DNA from: Escherichia coli
GTDB lineage: Bacteria; Pseudomonadota; Gammaproteobacteria; Enterobacterales; Enterobacteriaceae
Assembly (NCBI GenBank): GCA_029351405.1
Contig: GCA_029351405.1_4841.1
DNA: 64,000 nucleotides
Direction: 5' to 3' (one strand)
The position numbers and the translations under genes are program-made. The notes beneath the pieces were generated by a model. It ran no database searches. It saw only the letters and a list, made by a program, of their open reading frames with translations, and was not told the origin of the DNA. Of this stretch, positions 45,557 to 54,954 are shown piece after piece (the first letter of the stretch is position 1; every line of letters starts with the position of its first letter).

Positions 45557-45898
45557 TTATTTCTTCGGGGGTTCAATTGAGGTGAAAGAATCCTTCCAAC
45601 TCTTGAATTTTTCAACCAGGGCTTCTTTACCCAGCTCGTCATTTGACACGCTGTGAATATAGGCGAATGCTCCATAGCCGGATCCTGGCATAGCCTTGCA
45701 GATGCGCAGACTAACCAAAGAATCTCCTACGGAAACAAGATAGTGGTCACGACGATTGTTCAGGGCATAATGGTTGTCGTGAAACTTGTCAACAATAACA
45801 CAGTTCTGAGGTTCGACGTCGATCGGTAGCCCGTTAGCTTCGGATCCACCGCGCCCAAGCACGCAGCCTGGGAATAATGTTTCTACGAGTGTGGTCAT
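45557..45898 (-). CDS. hypothetical protein (113 aa)
   Basis: ORF co-oriented with the minus-strand block; TTCAATAAA motif ~45 nt upstream on the minus strand. Confidence 0.45.
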   Translation of the reverse strand: MTTLVETLFPGCVLGRGGSEANGLPIDVEPQNCVIVDKFHDNHYALNNRRDHYLVSVGDSLVSLRICKAMPGSGYGAFAYIHSVSNDELGKEALVEKFKSWKDSFTSIEPPKK

Positions 45899-46130
45899 GG
45901 TCTGTTCCTTCTGTAAGTTCCCATGTATTATATGGGTGAATAGTTTATTGAATTATTTGTTGTGGAAACCCAGAGCCTTGTGGACTTCTTCGCGATTTAA
46001 TTTCGGCCTGAGACTCTGTGCGATTAATCCGGCGCTCGCCATTCCATTTCAACATCGATCGCATCTATCAGACAACGGATCTCAGCGCATCAGGGGCTTA
46101 CCCAACAGCCAGTTGAAATACTCGCGCATG

Positions 46131-46343
46131 TCACTTCCTCATCAGTGAGAGTAGGTTGACCGTAGCCGGGCGCGCATCAGGGGCGTAGAAGACGTCCTGA
46201 GAGTGCCTCTTACAGCACGGGCAATCCTTCGTGGCGATTACACAGGGAGCCTTGTCCACGGCAAATCCAGCGGCTTCGGCTTCCTTCACAGTGGTGAATG
46301 GCAGGTAAGCACTTGTGCCCTGCCCTCCGCATGAACATTCCAT
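46131..46343 (-). CDS. small Cys-rich protein (70 aa)
   Basis: CSCGG...CVIATKDCPCC cysteine cluster. Confidence 0.4.
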   Translation of the reverse strand: MECSCGGQGTSAYLPFTTVKEAEAAGFAVDKAPCVIATKDCPCCKRHSQDVFYAPDARPATVNLLSLMRK

Positions 46344-46543
46344 CAGAAATCCTCCAACGTGATACCATTGACTTCCGACATTAACCCAAGGCGCTTAACC
46401 CGACGAGCGTGGCGGTGCTCCTTCTTGATGCTTTTAGAGCGTTGTGCTTTGGAACGTCGATTCTTGTAAGTGTCAGACGGATACTTGTCATGTCCTGGAC
46501 AACAAGACCCTGGCTCGTACACATCCATGATTTCACGTTTCAT
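46343..46543 (-). CDS. small basic protein (66 aa)
   Basis: SCCPGH motif and Lys/Arg-rich core; one-nt overlap with the downstream gene. Confidence 0.4.
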   Translation of the reverse strand: MKREIMDVYEPGSCCPGHDKYPSDTYKNRRSKAQRSKSIKKEHRHARRVKRLGLMSEVNGITLEDF

Positions 46544-46655
46544 CTCTATTTCCTCTTAAAGGGGATGACCAGGGCTATGATGAGAAGCATAGCTGTAATC
46601 ATCCCGCATGCTATCAGACCAAAGGCGAACGACTTCAGAACAAACTCAATCAAAT

Positions 46656-47882
46656 TCATAATTTCCTCAATTTGGCTCTGGTGACCTGAGTTTGTTTAAC
46701 GCCGTTGTACTCAGTCAGTTCTTTGACACGACCACGGATGATCATATCGCCCTGCAAGAACTCTGTATCCATATAAGAGGTCTTCCAGGTAATTGTATTG
46801 CCTTCTGCTGTTTTGAAAGTAAACAGGTAACTATCACCATATTCATTGGAGAAGAGGAAGGTGCGCTTGTCGAACCTGACTTGCACTTCCAGCATTTCAC
46901 CGACTTCTCCCACCCATTTGTTCTCCACCTTGCGTTCAGTACGAGGACGATGGATGTAATCGTAATACTTCTTGGCACCCCAGCGGACTGTGTTGTTATC
47001 CTTGATGAGGTGATAGCCGGGTTCACACATGCGTTTCAGGCGAACATTGAACTCATTAGATTCGGACAGCGCACTGATGAAAAGCTTCATATGGTACATT
47101 TCCGACTCTGCATCTTCACGGTATTCGTGTGCCTTGTTTACGAAATACTCTTCATCGGAACCTGCTTTTGGTTTCTGGTGAGACCGGACATAGCCCAGTA
47201 CTTTGTCAAACAGTTCAGACTTGATATCCACGCCTGCCAGCATCACTTGGAAGCATGCGCGCAGGTAACTGTGGGTGTCGGTGAAGCGCTCATTTTGGAC
47301 GCGATATATACCCTCTGGGTCGTCCTCGTCTGGCATGAAGAACTCTTGGATTTCCAGATAGTAAGACATAATCGCGTCAAGCGATTTCTGATGAGGTACA
47401 TAATGATGCATACAGGTGCTACCAATCAGCATCTGGGTATGCGTTTCCTCATTTTCAATCACATACGTGTTCTTGCGACGGATGGCTAGATTGCAATGCT
47501 GACACCAAGAGACGTTCTCTGTCTCGAAGCGACGGATGAAGTCAGGATTGATGTTGTCGGACAGGCGGTTAAGAATAACTTTTGGATATTCGTGATTGAA
47601 CTGACCGATGATCTTCCAGCCACCATAAGAGACGGGGCGGTCAATGCCTTCGCCTTCGAGAGTAACAGGTTTCCACCAGTGAGTAAGGATCTCACCAGTG
47701 AAGTCGCGGGTGTGGGTTTTGAAGGGTTCACCATAAGTCACAGTCGGAAACGGAACACCCAACCTTTCGGCAGTGCGCTCGAGCTTCTTCAGTCGCTCAA
47801 CTACCAACCCTTCATTGTCGATCGGAATATTGAATGTTTTGACGTTCATTTCCAGCCTCATGATGTAGTTGTAACTCTTCAA
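46656..47882 (-). CDS. hypothetical protein (408 aa) with Cys/His cluster
   Basis: Long ORF; WCQHCNLAIRRKN...GSTCMHHY cluster; preceded on the minus strand by a terminator. Confidence 0.55.
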   Translation of the reverse strand: MKSYNYIMRLEMNVKTFNIPIDNEGLVVERLKKLERTAERLGVPFPTVTYGEPFKTHTRDFTGEILTHWWKPVTLEGEGIDRPVSYGGWKIIGQFNHEYPKVILNRLSDNINPDFIRRFETENVSWCQHCNLAIRRKNTYVIENEETHTQMLIGSTCMHHYVPHQKSLDAIMSYYLEIQEFFMPDEDDPEGIYRVQNERFTDTHSYLRACFQVMLAGVDIKSELFDKVLGYVRSHQKPKAGSDEEYFVNKAHEYREDAESEMYHMKLFISALSESNEFNVRLKRMCEPGYHLIKDNNTVRWGAKKYYDYIHRPRTERKVENKWVGEVGEMLEVQVRFDKRTFLFSNEYGDSYLFTFKTAEGNTITWKTSYMDTEFLQGDMIIRGRVKELTEYNGVKQTQVTRAKLRKL

Positions 47883-47930
47883 TACAGATTAAATATTAGG
47901 CGATTATTTCTTGAAAGTAAAGTTATTGAA

Positions 47931-47958
47931 GTTAAAAAGCCCAGTACTTGACTGGGCT
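47931..47958 (-). terminator. Intrinsic terminator (minus strand)
   Basis: Hairpin AGCCCAGT-(ACTTG)-ACTGGGCT with a T-run on the minus strand; GTTATTGAAG motif adjacent. Confidence 0.65.
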
Positions 47959-47976
47959 TCTTGGTGTTCTATTGAC

Positions 47977-48291
47977 TTATTCGCCACTGGCATTCGGATC
48001 TCGATCGGGCTTGGCGTTCGGGAATAGAGACTCGTATAAGTCTTGATATTTCTCGCTCGTTTCGATCGTCTTATGGTAAGTTCCATTGGCGCGGTCGGAT
48101 ACAACCTTGCGCAAGTCGCTGGCCTTGATACCCGTGTCTTTCGCCAGCTCGGCCAGAGTCTCAGTAATGAAAGTCTGTTCTGACTTGATGCGGACCTGGG
48201 CGGCACGACAGTTTTCAATTGCACCTATCAGCTTGCGACGGGATTCAGGATCAGATGGTAGTACATAAAAGCCGATTTGTTCTACAGACAT
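47977..48291 (-). CDS. hypothetical protein (104 aa)
   Basis: ORF co-oriented with the minus-strand block. Confidence 0.45.
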   Translation of the reverse strand: MSVEQIGFYVLPSDPESRRKLIGAIENCRAAQVRIKSEQTFITETLAELAKDTGIKASDLRKVVSDRANGTYHKTIETSEKYQDLYESLFPNAKPDRDPNASGE

Positions 48292-48306
48292 TTGGTGTTC
48301 CTCTTG

Positions 48307-48642
48307 TTAAGATCTCATACCTTGTGGGATCAGATTAGTCCCACAACGGCGTAAAAAGAAGTTTACGATTGAGTGATACTGGAACTTCGGGATGATCTCT
48401 ACACCATCTTCCGTCGTATACCATTCCACTGTGTTGGTGCGCACTGGAAGGGGAAATGACGGCAGATCCAGCTGTACGAGTTCACCCTCTTGGCATATCA
48501 TACCAATTCCATATTCCTCCCAGATTTTACGATTGTTGAAGAACTCCAGAGTCTGCTCCGGACTCAGCTCAATCGCTTGTTTGGTGTGGCACACCTGTTT
48601 GGCGGCCTGCACCAGGCCAGCCATAAAATCATTGTGTGACAT
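48307..48642 (-). CDS. hypothetical protein (111 aa)
   Basis: TTCAATAAA motif ~55 nt upstream on the minus strand. Confidence 0.45.
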   Translation of the reverse strand: MSHNDFMAGLVQAAKQVCHTKQAIELSPEQTLEFFNNRKIWEEYGIGMICQEGELVQLDLPSFPLPVRTNTVEWYTTEDGVEIIPKFQYHSIVNFFLRRCGTNLIPQGMRS

Positions 48643-48706
48643 GATGTGCTCCTGGTTTACATTCAGATCATAGAATTATACCCTATGACCCGCTTTATTG
48701 AATTGC

Positions 48707-50131
48707 CTAGAATTTCCAATTATTGACCGTTTGGGCTTTCTGCTCATCGCTGGCAGCAGCCCCGGACTTGTTGAGGTCATGTTTGATGTGTACGTTTTCG
48801 ACATATTTGGCCTCAGCCTCAGTCAGGTCCTTCTTAACTTCGTTCCAGTCCAGGTCAAACAGGATCTGTTTGTCTTGGTCCATACCAAACAGGAATGATT
48901 TCAGCTTCTGCTTGTTGGCATAACGGTTCTTGAGTATTGAGGCTCGGGCTTTCTTGACCGCCGCCAGTTCGTCAGGAGCATAGAATGCCATGATGAAGTC
49001 GGCCACCTTCGGAATACCGATAGCATCTGCCAAATCACTGATTCCGCCATCAGTGCTATTCTGATTCTCACGATTGAACTGCATACCAGTCCATACAGGG
49101 ACATCAAACTCAAATCCCAGCGCACGAAACTCACGAGCCACAGACGTGTAATAGACGTTCGTGTTCTGCATCAGGTGGGCAGGCAGGCGCGAGGAAGCAG
49201 CTTCGCCAAGATAGTCAATAACGATAACATCGGGAGCACGACCAGTTGCCTGGATGTACTCAAGGATATCGCGGCGGAATAAACCTGTGTGTCCAGCACC
49301 GGAAGGATATTCCTTGATGACGATATCACCCTTGGGTGCACCATCTTGGCGACTGCGGAGCTTCTCTATCGTTGCAATATACTCGTGCCTTGTGAGTTTC
49401 TCTAAAGACTCAAAGTCACGACGCATGATACGGGCATCAAGACGGTGTCGCCAGACGTTCTCGGCCACTTCAAGGGTGAAGACAAAGACGTTCAGCCCCT
49501 GCTCCGAGTACCCTGCGGTCAGGTCAATCAGCGTTGTGGTCTTACCTGCGTTGATCGCACCTGTTACGATGTTCAGTGTCTTCTTACCAACGCCACCACG
49601 TGTCGCCTTATTGAAGATCTCAACTGCGAACGGGATCTTGGCCTCGTTGGAGTTCATGTGGTCATACTGCTCTGCCGCCATCTCCCAATAGATGTGACCG
49701 AGGTATGAATCAAACCGGATCGCCAGGGCTTCCTGCAACATGGTCGGGATGTTGTTCATCTCGTCCTTGCGCTTCTCGTCACCGTAGATGTTGACGGCGG
49801 TCTTGATTGCGTTGTGTACGGCCTTTTGCCGCGCCCAAGCCTCGGTTTCCTTCGCCAGCCACTCTTCATTGAAGGTGTTGTCGTTGATGTTCTCCAGGGC
49901 AGATACCGCCTGGTCAAACACATATTCGTTCAGCTTTGTCCGTTCAAGAATTATAGATAGTGCTTCGACAGACGGGCGGGCATTGTACTCTGAGGTATAA
50001 CTGTCAATCAGACCAAAGATGACCTTTTCGCCTTCGTTGTCAAAATAATCGGCTTTCAGGTACGGCAGGATCTTTCTTTGGTAATCTTCATTGTAAATCA
50101 ACTGTGAAAGCACGACAGATTCGAGTAACAT
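48707..50131 (-). CDS. 41: replicative DNA helicase (DnaB-like, T4 gp41-like)
   Basis: 474 aa; Walker A GAINAGKTT and overall DnaB-family layout; near-identical in size to T4 gp41. Confidence 0.9.
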   Translation of the reverse strand: MLLESVVLSQLIYNEDYQRKILPYLKADYFDNEGEKVIFGLIDSYTSEYNARPSVEALSIILERTKLNEYVFDQAVSALENINDNTFNEEWLAKETEAWARQKAVHNAIKTAVNIYGDEKRKDEMNNIPTMLQEALAIRFDSYLGHIYWEMAAEQYDHMNSNEAKIPFAVEIFNKATRGGVGKKTLNIVTGAINAGKTTTLIDLTAGYSEQGLNVFVFTLEVAENVWRHRLDARIMRRDFESLEKLTRHEYIATIEKLRSRQDGAPKGDIVIKEYPSGAGHTGLFRRDILEYIQATGRAPDVIVIDYLGEAASSRLPAHLMQNTNVYYTSVAREFRALGFEFDVPVWTGMQFNRENQNSTDGGISDLADAIGIPKVADFIMAFYAPDELAAVKKARASILKNRYANKQKLKSFLFGMDQDKQILFDLDWNEVKKDLTEAEAKYVENVHIKHDLNKSGAAASDEQKAQTVNNWKF

Positions 50132-50137
50132 TGGCCA

Positions 50138-50467
50138 CTACCCCACCAAAAATTTATTATATTCCTGAGCATTACGCTGCATGAGGTCTACAAGGATATC
50201 CCCTGACACCTCAGTGAACAAGTCATTTTCTTTCAAATTCACAAACATCAGACGCAATGGTTTCTTCAATATATCAGTCACGAAAGACAGGCGGGGTTCG
50301 CCGTCCACTTCGTTGATGGCCACCTTGCCGAACCGGAATTGAACACCACGGAATTTGCCAGAAGTGATCTTGATGATCGCCAGCTGATCAGCACCAGGGT
50401 CGATGATTGTGTAGTTATTGGGGGAGTCTCCTCCCCCTCCACTGTTATTCGCTTGTGTTAATAACAT
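50138..50467 (-). CDS. hypothetical protein (109 aa from internal Met)
   Basis: Lies between the helicase and UvsX; start uncertain (50467 or 50518), so it overlaps the uvsX 3' end. Confidence 0.4.
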   Translation of the reverse strand: MLLTQANNSGGGGDSPNNYTIIDPGADQLAIIKITSGKFRGVQFRFGKVAINEVDGEPRLSFVTDILKKPLRLMFVNLKENDLFTEVSGDILVDLMQRNAQEYNKFLVG

Positions 50468-51530
50468 GGTCCATTTGCTCCAGCATGTTAGCAGGCATAA
50501 CAGTACCGTTAGAAACACCGAACATTTTCTTCACGTCATCGGCGAAGTTGACATTCTCCAGCAGCGGATACCAGAAATCATCACCCATCTGACGCTTCTG
50601 ATATTTCTTTTCCTTCTCAGGATCGAAACCACCCTTGGCTGTACGCACATACCAGCCGGAAGACGGCATATCAACATAACCCAGAGCACGAGCGATCTCA
50701 AGCAGGCCGCTCCAGCGATCAATACCACCGTTGTACAGTACCGTCACAGGGAGCTTGGCTTTCTCTTTGACATGGCGACCTTTCATGATGCTTATGTTGA
50801 AGTTCCAGCCCAGCAGATCTTTGTCTTCCTTCACCTGAGAACGGGTGATAAACCAGATCAAGTTGGATGATAAGAAGCCCTGCTTGCCGCCTTTGATGTT
50901 AGGCTCGGCATACTGGTTGCCGATCTCATCGTAATAGGAGTTGATCCAAACACACACGAGATTTTTGCTGTTGATTTCAGGAGTCATGACACGCCAGAAG
51001 CTGTTGAGGGCACGGGCGCGGGTCATGTCTTGAGTGTCGTTCCCTTTGATCGCATCTTCAACTTCCTTGGTGGAGGGAAGTTGGCTGATAGAGTCGATGA
51101 AGATTATAACATGGTCGCCTTTCTTGACTTCCTGTAGGATCTGCAGCAAGCGGATCTTGGTCTGTTCAACGTTGTCGATCGGTACGTACAGGACGCGGTC
51201 CATGTCAATGCCCATAGAGGTCCAGTAATCAGCGTTGGCACCCTTTTCCGAGTCAGCAAATACACAGATAGCATCAGGGAACTTGTCCATATAAGCCTTG
51301 ACGTCCACCAGACCGAACATCGTTTTGAAGGTACGGGAATCACCCACCATCATCTTGATACCGGAGATCAGGCCGCCGTCAATACGCCCAGACCATGCGA
51401 TGTCGATCAGGGGAATACCAGTAGAACATATGATAGACGGTTCCAGAGCGTCTGATTGGGACAGTACTGAAGCCTGGTCGTCATGTTTCTTGGCAACCTT
51501 CAGCATGCGGTCCATTAATGAACTGGCCAT
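50445..51530 (-). CDS. uvsX: UvsX recombinase (RecA-like)
   Basis: 361 aa; IPLIDIAWSGRIDGG...MVGDSRTFKTMFGL...PDAICVFADSE parallels T4 UvsX IPMMNIALSGEITGG...LAGPSKSFKSNFGL...PDAVCLFYDSE. Confidence 0.9.
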   Translation of the reverse strand: MASSLMDRMLKVAKKHDDQASVLSQSDALEPSIICSTGIPLIDIAWSGRIDGGLISGIKMMVGDSRTFKTMFGLVDVKAYMDKFPDAICVFADSEKGANADYWTSMGIDMDRVLYVPIDNVEQTKIRLLQILQEVKKGDHVIIFIDSISQLPSTKEVEDAIKGNDTQDMTRARALNSFWRVMTPEINSKNLVCVWINSYYDEIGNQYAEPNIKGGKQGFLSSNLIWFITRSQVKEDKDLLGWNFNISIMKGRHVKEKAKLPVTVLYNGGIDRWSGLLEIARALGYVDMPSSGWYVRTAKGGFDPEKEKKYQKRQMGDDFWYPLLENVNFADDVKKMFGVSNGTVMPANMLEQMDHVINTSE

Positions 51531-52057
51531 TTCACTTCCTCTTTGTTGTTAATCGTCGTTAGTAAGTCTACACCCATAACCTTCTGGGACAAAATGTTAA
51601 CCGCCTCTTGGATGCTCTTCAGGGACATTGTCTCAACAAGCGACGATGCGTCATTATGCCGGTCGGTTAGGTACATATTGCGCAGATTGTTGTAGTTCGT
51701 GCGGTTGATGCACGCAGTGTTCAGTGCTATATTCAGGATATACATTATCTGTTCAATGGTTACATCCTTTGGCATAGCGTGGATGTAATAGATCGAGCCT
51801 TCAAAATAGACGTCTACCAGTTCATCTGGTATCTTGATGCCACCACTGGCATACTCTTCGATCATTCTGAACAGAGACTCTGGTTGCTCGCTGGCGATCT
51901 TATGCGTAACAGTCGCCGAAAGACCGTCGCCCGGTTTAACAGGCCTGTTGTATTCAGTAAGGAATACATTATGGCCGCCGCCGATGATGTGCTCGGCGAA
52001 TTTGGAGGATGCCTGAGCAGCGTTCTCCGCATGGTATGAAACGACGACTGTAAACAT
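51515..52057 (-). CDS. hypothetical protein (180 aa)
   Basis: Occupies the slot between uvsX and the nucleotide-metabolism genes where T4 has beta-glucosyltransferase; no glycosyltransferase motif seen. Confidence 0.5.
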   Translation of the reverse strand: MFTVVVSYHAENAAQASSKFAEHIIGGGHNVFLTEYNRPVKPGDGLSATVTHKIASEQPESLFRMIEEYASGGIKIPDELVDVYFEGSIYYIHAMPKDVTIEQIMYILNIALNTACINRTNYNNLRNMYLTDRHNDASSLVETMSLKSIQEAVNILSQKVMGVDLLTTINNKEEVKWPVH

Positions 52058-52611
52058 TAGAACTCCAGGGTCAGAGGGGTTTCTGCGGACTTGTCGTAAT
52101 CCGCGCCACCAGAAGCACGCAGACGATTGCGATCGTTCTTGCGCTTGTGCGCCAGTATGTAAGTCTCAATGTCGATCTCCATATAAGAACACGCAGACGA
52201 CAGGAAGAACATGAGAGTCTCAACGCAAGGATCGTTCATGAATTGCCCAAGGCGGTACGTAACATTGCGATGCCTTGCAACACCCAAAGCAGGTGGGGTG
52301 AATTCGCGATTACTGAGGACTTCAAATTCTTCTTCGATCTCGCCTTTGGTGCGGTCCACAAGGATGAAGCACAACATGAAGTGTACCACGTCCACCAGTT
52401 CATAAACTGCGTTCGTATGGTCAAACCCGATGTCGTTGCCATAGACCTTCCAGTCACGGGTGGTTTCATCAAGGAACTCTGCCCACTCACGATAGATAGA
52501 GTTGATGACTGCGTTCTGACTCCATACATTCTTCCACTCTTCCCCAAAGTAGGCCACGTTAGTGGCCTTTTGGAGTTCGAGCAGGCTTTTGATATGCCCT
52601 GCTGTGATCAT
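52057..52611 (-). CDS. dCTP/dUTP pyrophosphatase-like protein (T4 gp56-like)
   Basis: 184 aa; AVYELVDVVHFMLCFIL parallels T4 gp56 IKFELVDIFHFVLNMLV. Confidence 0.55.
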   Translation of the reverse strand: MITAGHIKSLLELQKATNVAYFGEEWKNVWSQNAVINSIYREWAEFLDETTRDWKVYGNDIGFDHTNAVYELVDVVHFMLCFILVDRTKGEIEEEFEVLSNREFTPPALGVARHRNVTYRLGQFMNDPCVETLMFFLSSACSYMEIDIETYILAHKRKNDRNRLRASGGADYDKSAETPLTLEF

Positions 52612-53177
52612 TTACGTTCTCCGTAGAATTTAACGAACGGTTCCCAACCATCAAATGGATTGAGGAATTCGTAGTCCACTTTCATTTGGTCAATGAAAGC
52701 CTCTATATCGTCCTCTATGATACCAGCACGATCAGCCTTTGAAATACGGGTGATAGGGCATTTCGTACTCAGCGCCCATTCATATTCCTGAGGGGTACGC
52801 AGATCGCTCACGATATAATGGACGTGGGGGTTCTGCTCTACCAGAGGAAGCTGGAAGCGCTTGAAGAATGCCAGGAACAGATCGGGTTGTACGTAACGCA
52901 AGCCCGTATCGCTGCCTAGATGAAGCCAGATCTGCCGGGGAGTTAAGCCCTTGGGGTTATCAGGGTGCACGTAAGGAACGTCCTTCACGGCATCCTCTAC
53001 CTCCGCTGGTAGCCATGGATAGATGAAGTTGGCAACCCGGCGCAGTTCATCTGAGAACGAAAGGCGCTGGATATCCATATCACCCTGTAGATGGTGATAG
53101 CTGATGAGGGACTCCAAACAGAAGTCCTTACCGGAGCGCTTGCGCCCCGTAAAGAATTCAAGATTTGGGTACATCAT
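52608..53177 (-). CDS. 1: deoxynucleoside monophosphate kinase (T4 gp1-like)
   Basis: 189 aa; P-loop FTGRKRSGKDF parallels T4 gp1 LSGVKRSGKDT. Confidence 0.7.
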   Translation of the reverse strand: MMYPNLEFFTGRKRSGKDFCLESLISYHHLQGDMDIQRLSFSDELRRVANFIYPWLPAEVEDAVKDVPYVHPDNPKGLTPRQIWLHLGSDTGLRYVQPDLFLAFFKRFQLPLVEQNPHVHYIVSDLRTPQEYEWALSTKCPITRISKADRAGIIEDDIEAFIDQMKVDYEFLNPFDGWEPFVKFYGERK

Positions 53178-54220
53178 ACTACACCTTCCAGGAACTTAGG
53201 ATCAACGATCTTGCGGTCAACCGGGGAATGGGTGAGCGCGGCGTTCAATCCATGATCCTGAATCAGGTCCAGGTTAATGAGCTTGTTATTCAATTTGCAG
53301 TGCAGGCAGTATGCCATCTGCACAATCAGACCGCGATCCGCATCATACTCCTTCAGGAAGGCAACAACAGTTTCCCAAGGACTACCGAAGTCACAATGAA
53401 CAAGCACGCCAGTGAACAGATCGCGGATATGGTTCTGGTTGGTCACGTTCGTGAAGTGGATCATGGAGTTGATGAACCCAGCTTCTACTTTGGTGTCCTT
53501 CGTGATCTTGCCCAGCTGCTTCTGGCTGACTTCATTGTTGTAGTAATGAAGATTGTTGGAGAAGAGCTTGTACTGGCCGACGTCAACATCCAACACCCGA
53601 GCAATCACTTCCTGAAGAATAGAGAACTCAATGAAGTTGATTGAACTCATACCCCACAGAACATCCTGTGAGCGATTGATAACCGTCAGGTTCAGGCGAC
53701 CTTCAACGATGGCGAACAACAGAGCCAGGTTACACACCATGTCCTTGGTCTTTGCTTCGCCACTCTCACTGAACTTCGCCAGACCAGCATCTGAATCCAG
53801 AGCCGGATCATAGATGGTGAGGTACGCCTGGCGAGTGTTTGGATTCTTGCGCAGGCGGTTGATGACGCTATCCAGCTGGCCATGGGCGTACAGACGCGGA
53901 CCATAAGCGGCTCGCCATGTGTGGCCGTTGTCGGAAAAGTTGGCGGCGCGGGGCAACACGCGGGACAGGAAGCGAACGTCATCGCGCCCGGACAGAACCC
54001 AGAAGGTCTCGCCGATGGCGGCGATAGCCGATGAGTTACGACCTTCAACGGATAGCCAGCGGTCACGGATGTCGGCGACGGTTATGGTCACGCCATCAAG
54101 GAAGCGGGTGCTATCAGTATTGATTTCAGCATTACCAGGATCAGATTCGATCCCGAATTCACGGATAGCCAAGACAGCCTGTTTCAGCATGTCATTGTTG
54201 TTTATTGCTTTGATTTCCAT
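53174..54220 (-). CDS. thymidylate synthase-family pyrimidine hydroxymethylase (dCMP or dUMP hydroxymethylase)
   Basis: 348 aa; RQAYLTIYDP and KDMVCNLALLF...INRSQDVLWG align with the TS/gp42 phosphate-binding Arg and catalytic Cys...RSxD region; about 100 aa longer than T4 gp42. Confidence 0.7.
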   Translation of the reverse strand: MEIKAINNNDMLKQAVLAIREFGIESDPGNAEINTDSTRFLDGVTITVADIRDRWLSVEGRNSSAIAAIGETFWVLSGRDDVRFLSRVLPRAANFSDNGHTWRAAYGPRLYAHGQLDSVINRLRKNPNTRQAYLTIYDPALDSDAGLAKFSESGEAKTKDMVCNLALLFAIVEGRLNLTVINRSQDVLWGMSSINFIEFSILQEVIARVLDVDVGQYKLFSNNLHYYNNEVSQKQLGKITKDTKVEAGFINSMIHFTNVTNQNHIRDLFTGVLVHCDFGSPWETVVAFLKEYDADRGLIVQMAYCLHCKLNNKLINLDLIQDHGLNAALTHSPVDRKIVDPKFLEGVV

Positions 54221-54891
54221 CAGATACTCCCAAAATCACGACAGAGGAATGCCATCACAGCCTGGTCTACTGTTAGGCCGTGAGACTTCATCATACCCGC
54301 AGCCACCGTAGGGAACAAGTCTTTATGTCGTTGACGATGGTCATGAACTCTCTCCCACTTCTCGACCACCAGACTTTCATTGAAATCCACACCGCCGTTG
54401 CGTGATTTAACGCGGGTGATACACGTTTCAAGAGGAGTGTCCATAAAGAGCACAACCAATTCACGTGGTGGGCGTGTCAGGCGGGGGATCCAAGAACTCA
54501 ATAATGTGGATGGAATGATACCTTCGAAAATCACATCATATTTCAAGTATTCTGGTTGGTCAGCAATAGACAACGCGAACAACATCTGCTCAGTGTCCTT
54601 CAGGGAATCAACCCCCTTGGACTTCGACTTGTCATATTTACCGATACAGACCACGTTGAACGAAGGACAGACAGTCAGCATGACCTTGCCGTTATGGGTC
54701 ACGACATACGCCTGAGGATCCCTCTCCGCCAGCTGAGACGGCACAGTGGATTTACCGCTACCATTGGAGCCTTTGACGTAGTAGATTTGCCCTCGTGCTG
54801 GGTATATCCCCTTCACAACAGGTGGTTTAAAGAATGTGTGGACGGGGCGCTTCATCAGCCCCTTCAGGGAGTAGGACATAGACTGCTCCAA
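54220..54891 (-). CDS. P-loop NTPase, kinase-like (223 aa)
   Basis: Walker A GSNGSGKST; kinase-sized; directly upstream of the hydroxymethylase in the same operon. Confidence 0.5.
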   Translation of the reverse strand: MEQSMSYSLKGLMKRPVHTFFKPPVVKGIYPARGQIYYVKGSNGSGKSTVPSQLAERDPQAYVVTHNGKVMLTVCPSFNVVCIGKYDKSKSKGVDSLKDTEQMLFALSIADQPEYLKYDVIFEGIIPSTLLSSWIPRLTRPPRELVVLFMDTPLETCITRVKSRNGGVDFNESLVVEKWERVHDHRQRHKDLFPTVAAGMMKSHGLTVDQAVMAFLCRDFGSI

Positions 54892-54920
54892 TAAACAAAA
54901 GGAGCTGCTATTATAGCAGC
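54890..54920 (-). terminator. Intrinsic terminator (minus strand)
   Basis: Hairpin GCTGCTA-(TTA)-TAGCAGC with T-run TTTTGTTTATT on the minus strand after the 54955-55776 stop. Confidence 0.55.
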
Positions 54921-54954
54921 CCCTTCATCTATTGAACAGTTTCTGAACTTAAAT

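Noticed and set aside
46692-47489. 265-aa plus-strand ORF opposite the 408-aa minus-strand gene
   Set aside because: Fully overlapped by a longer co-operonic minus-strand ORF; no RBS or motif.
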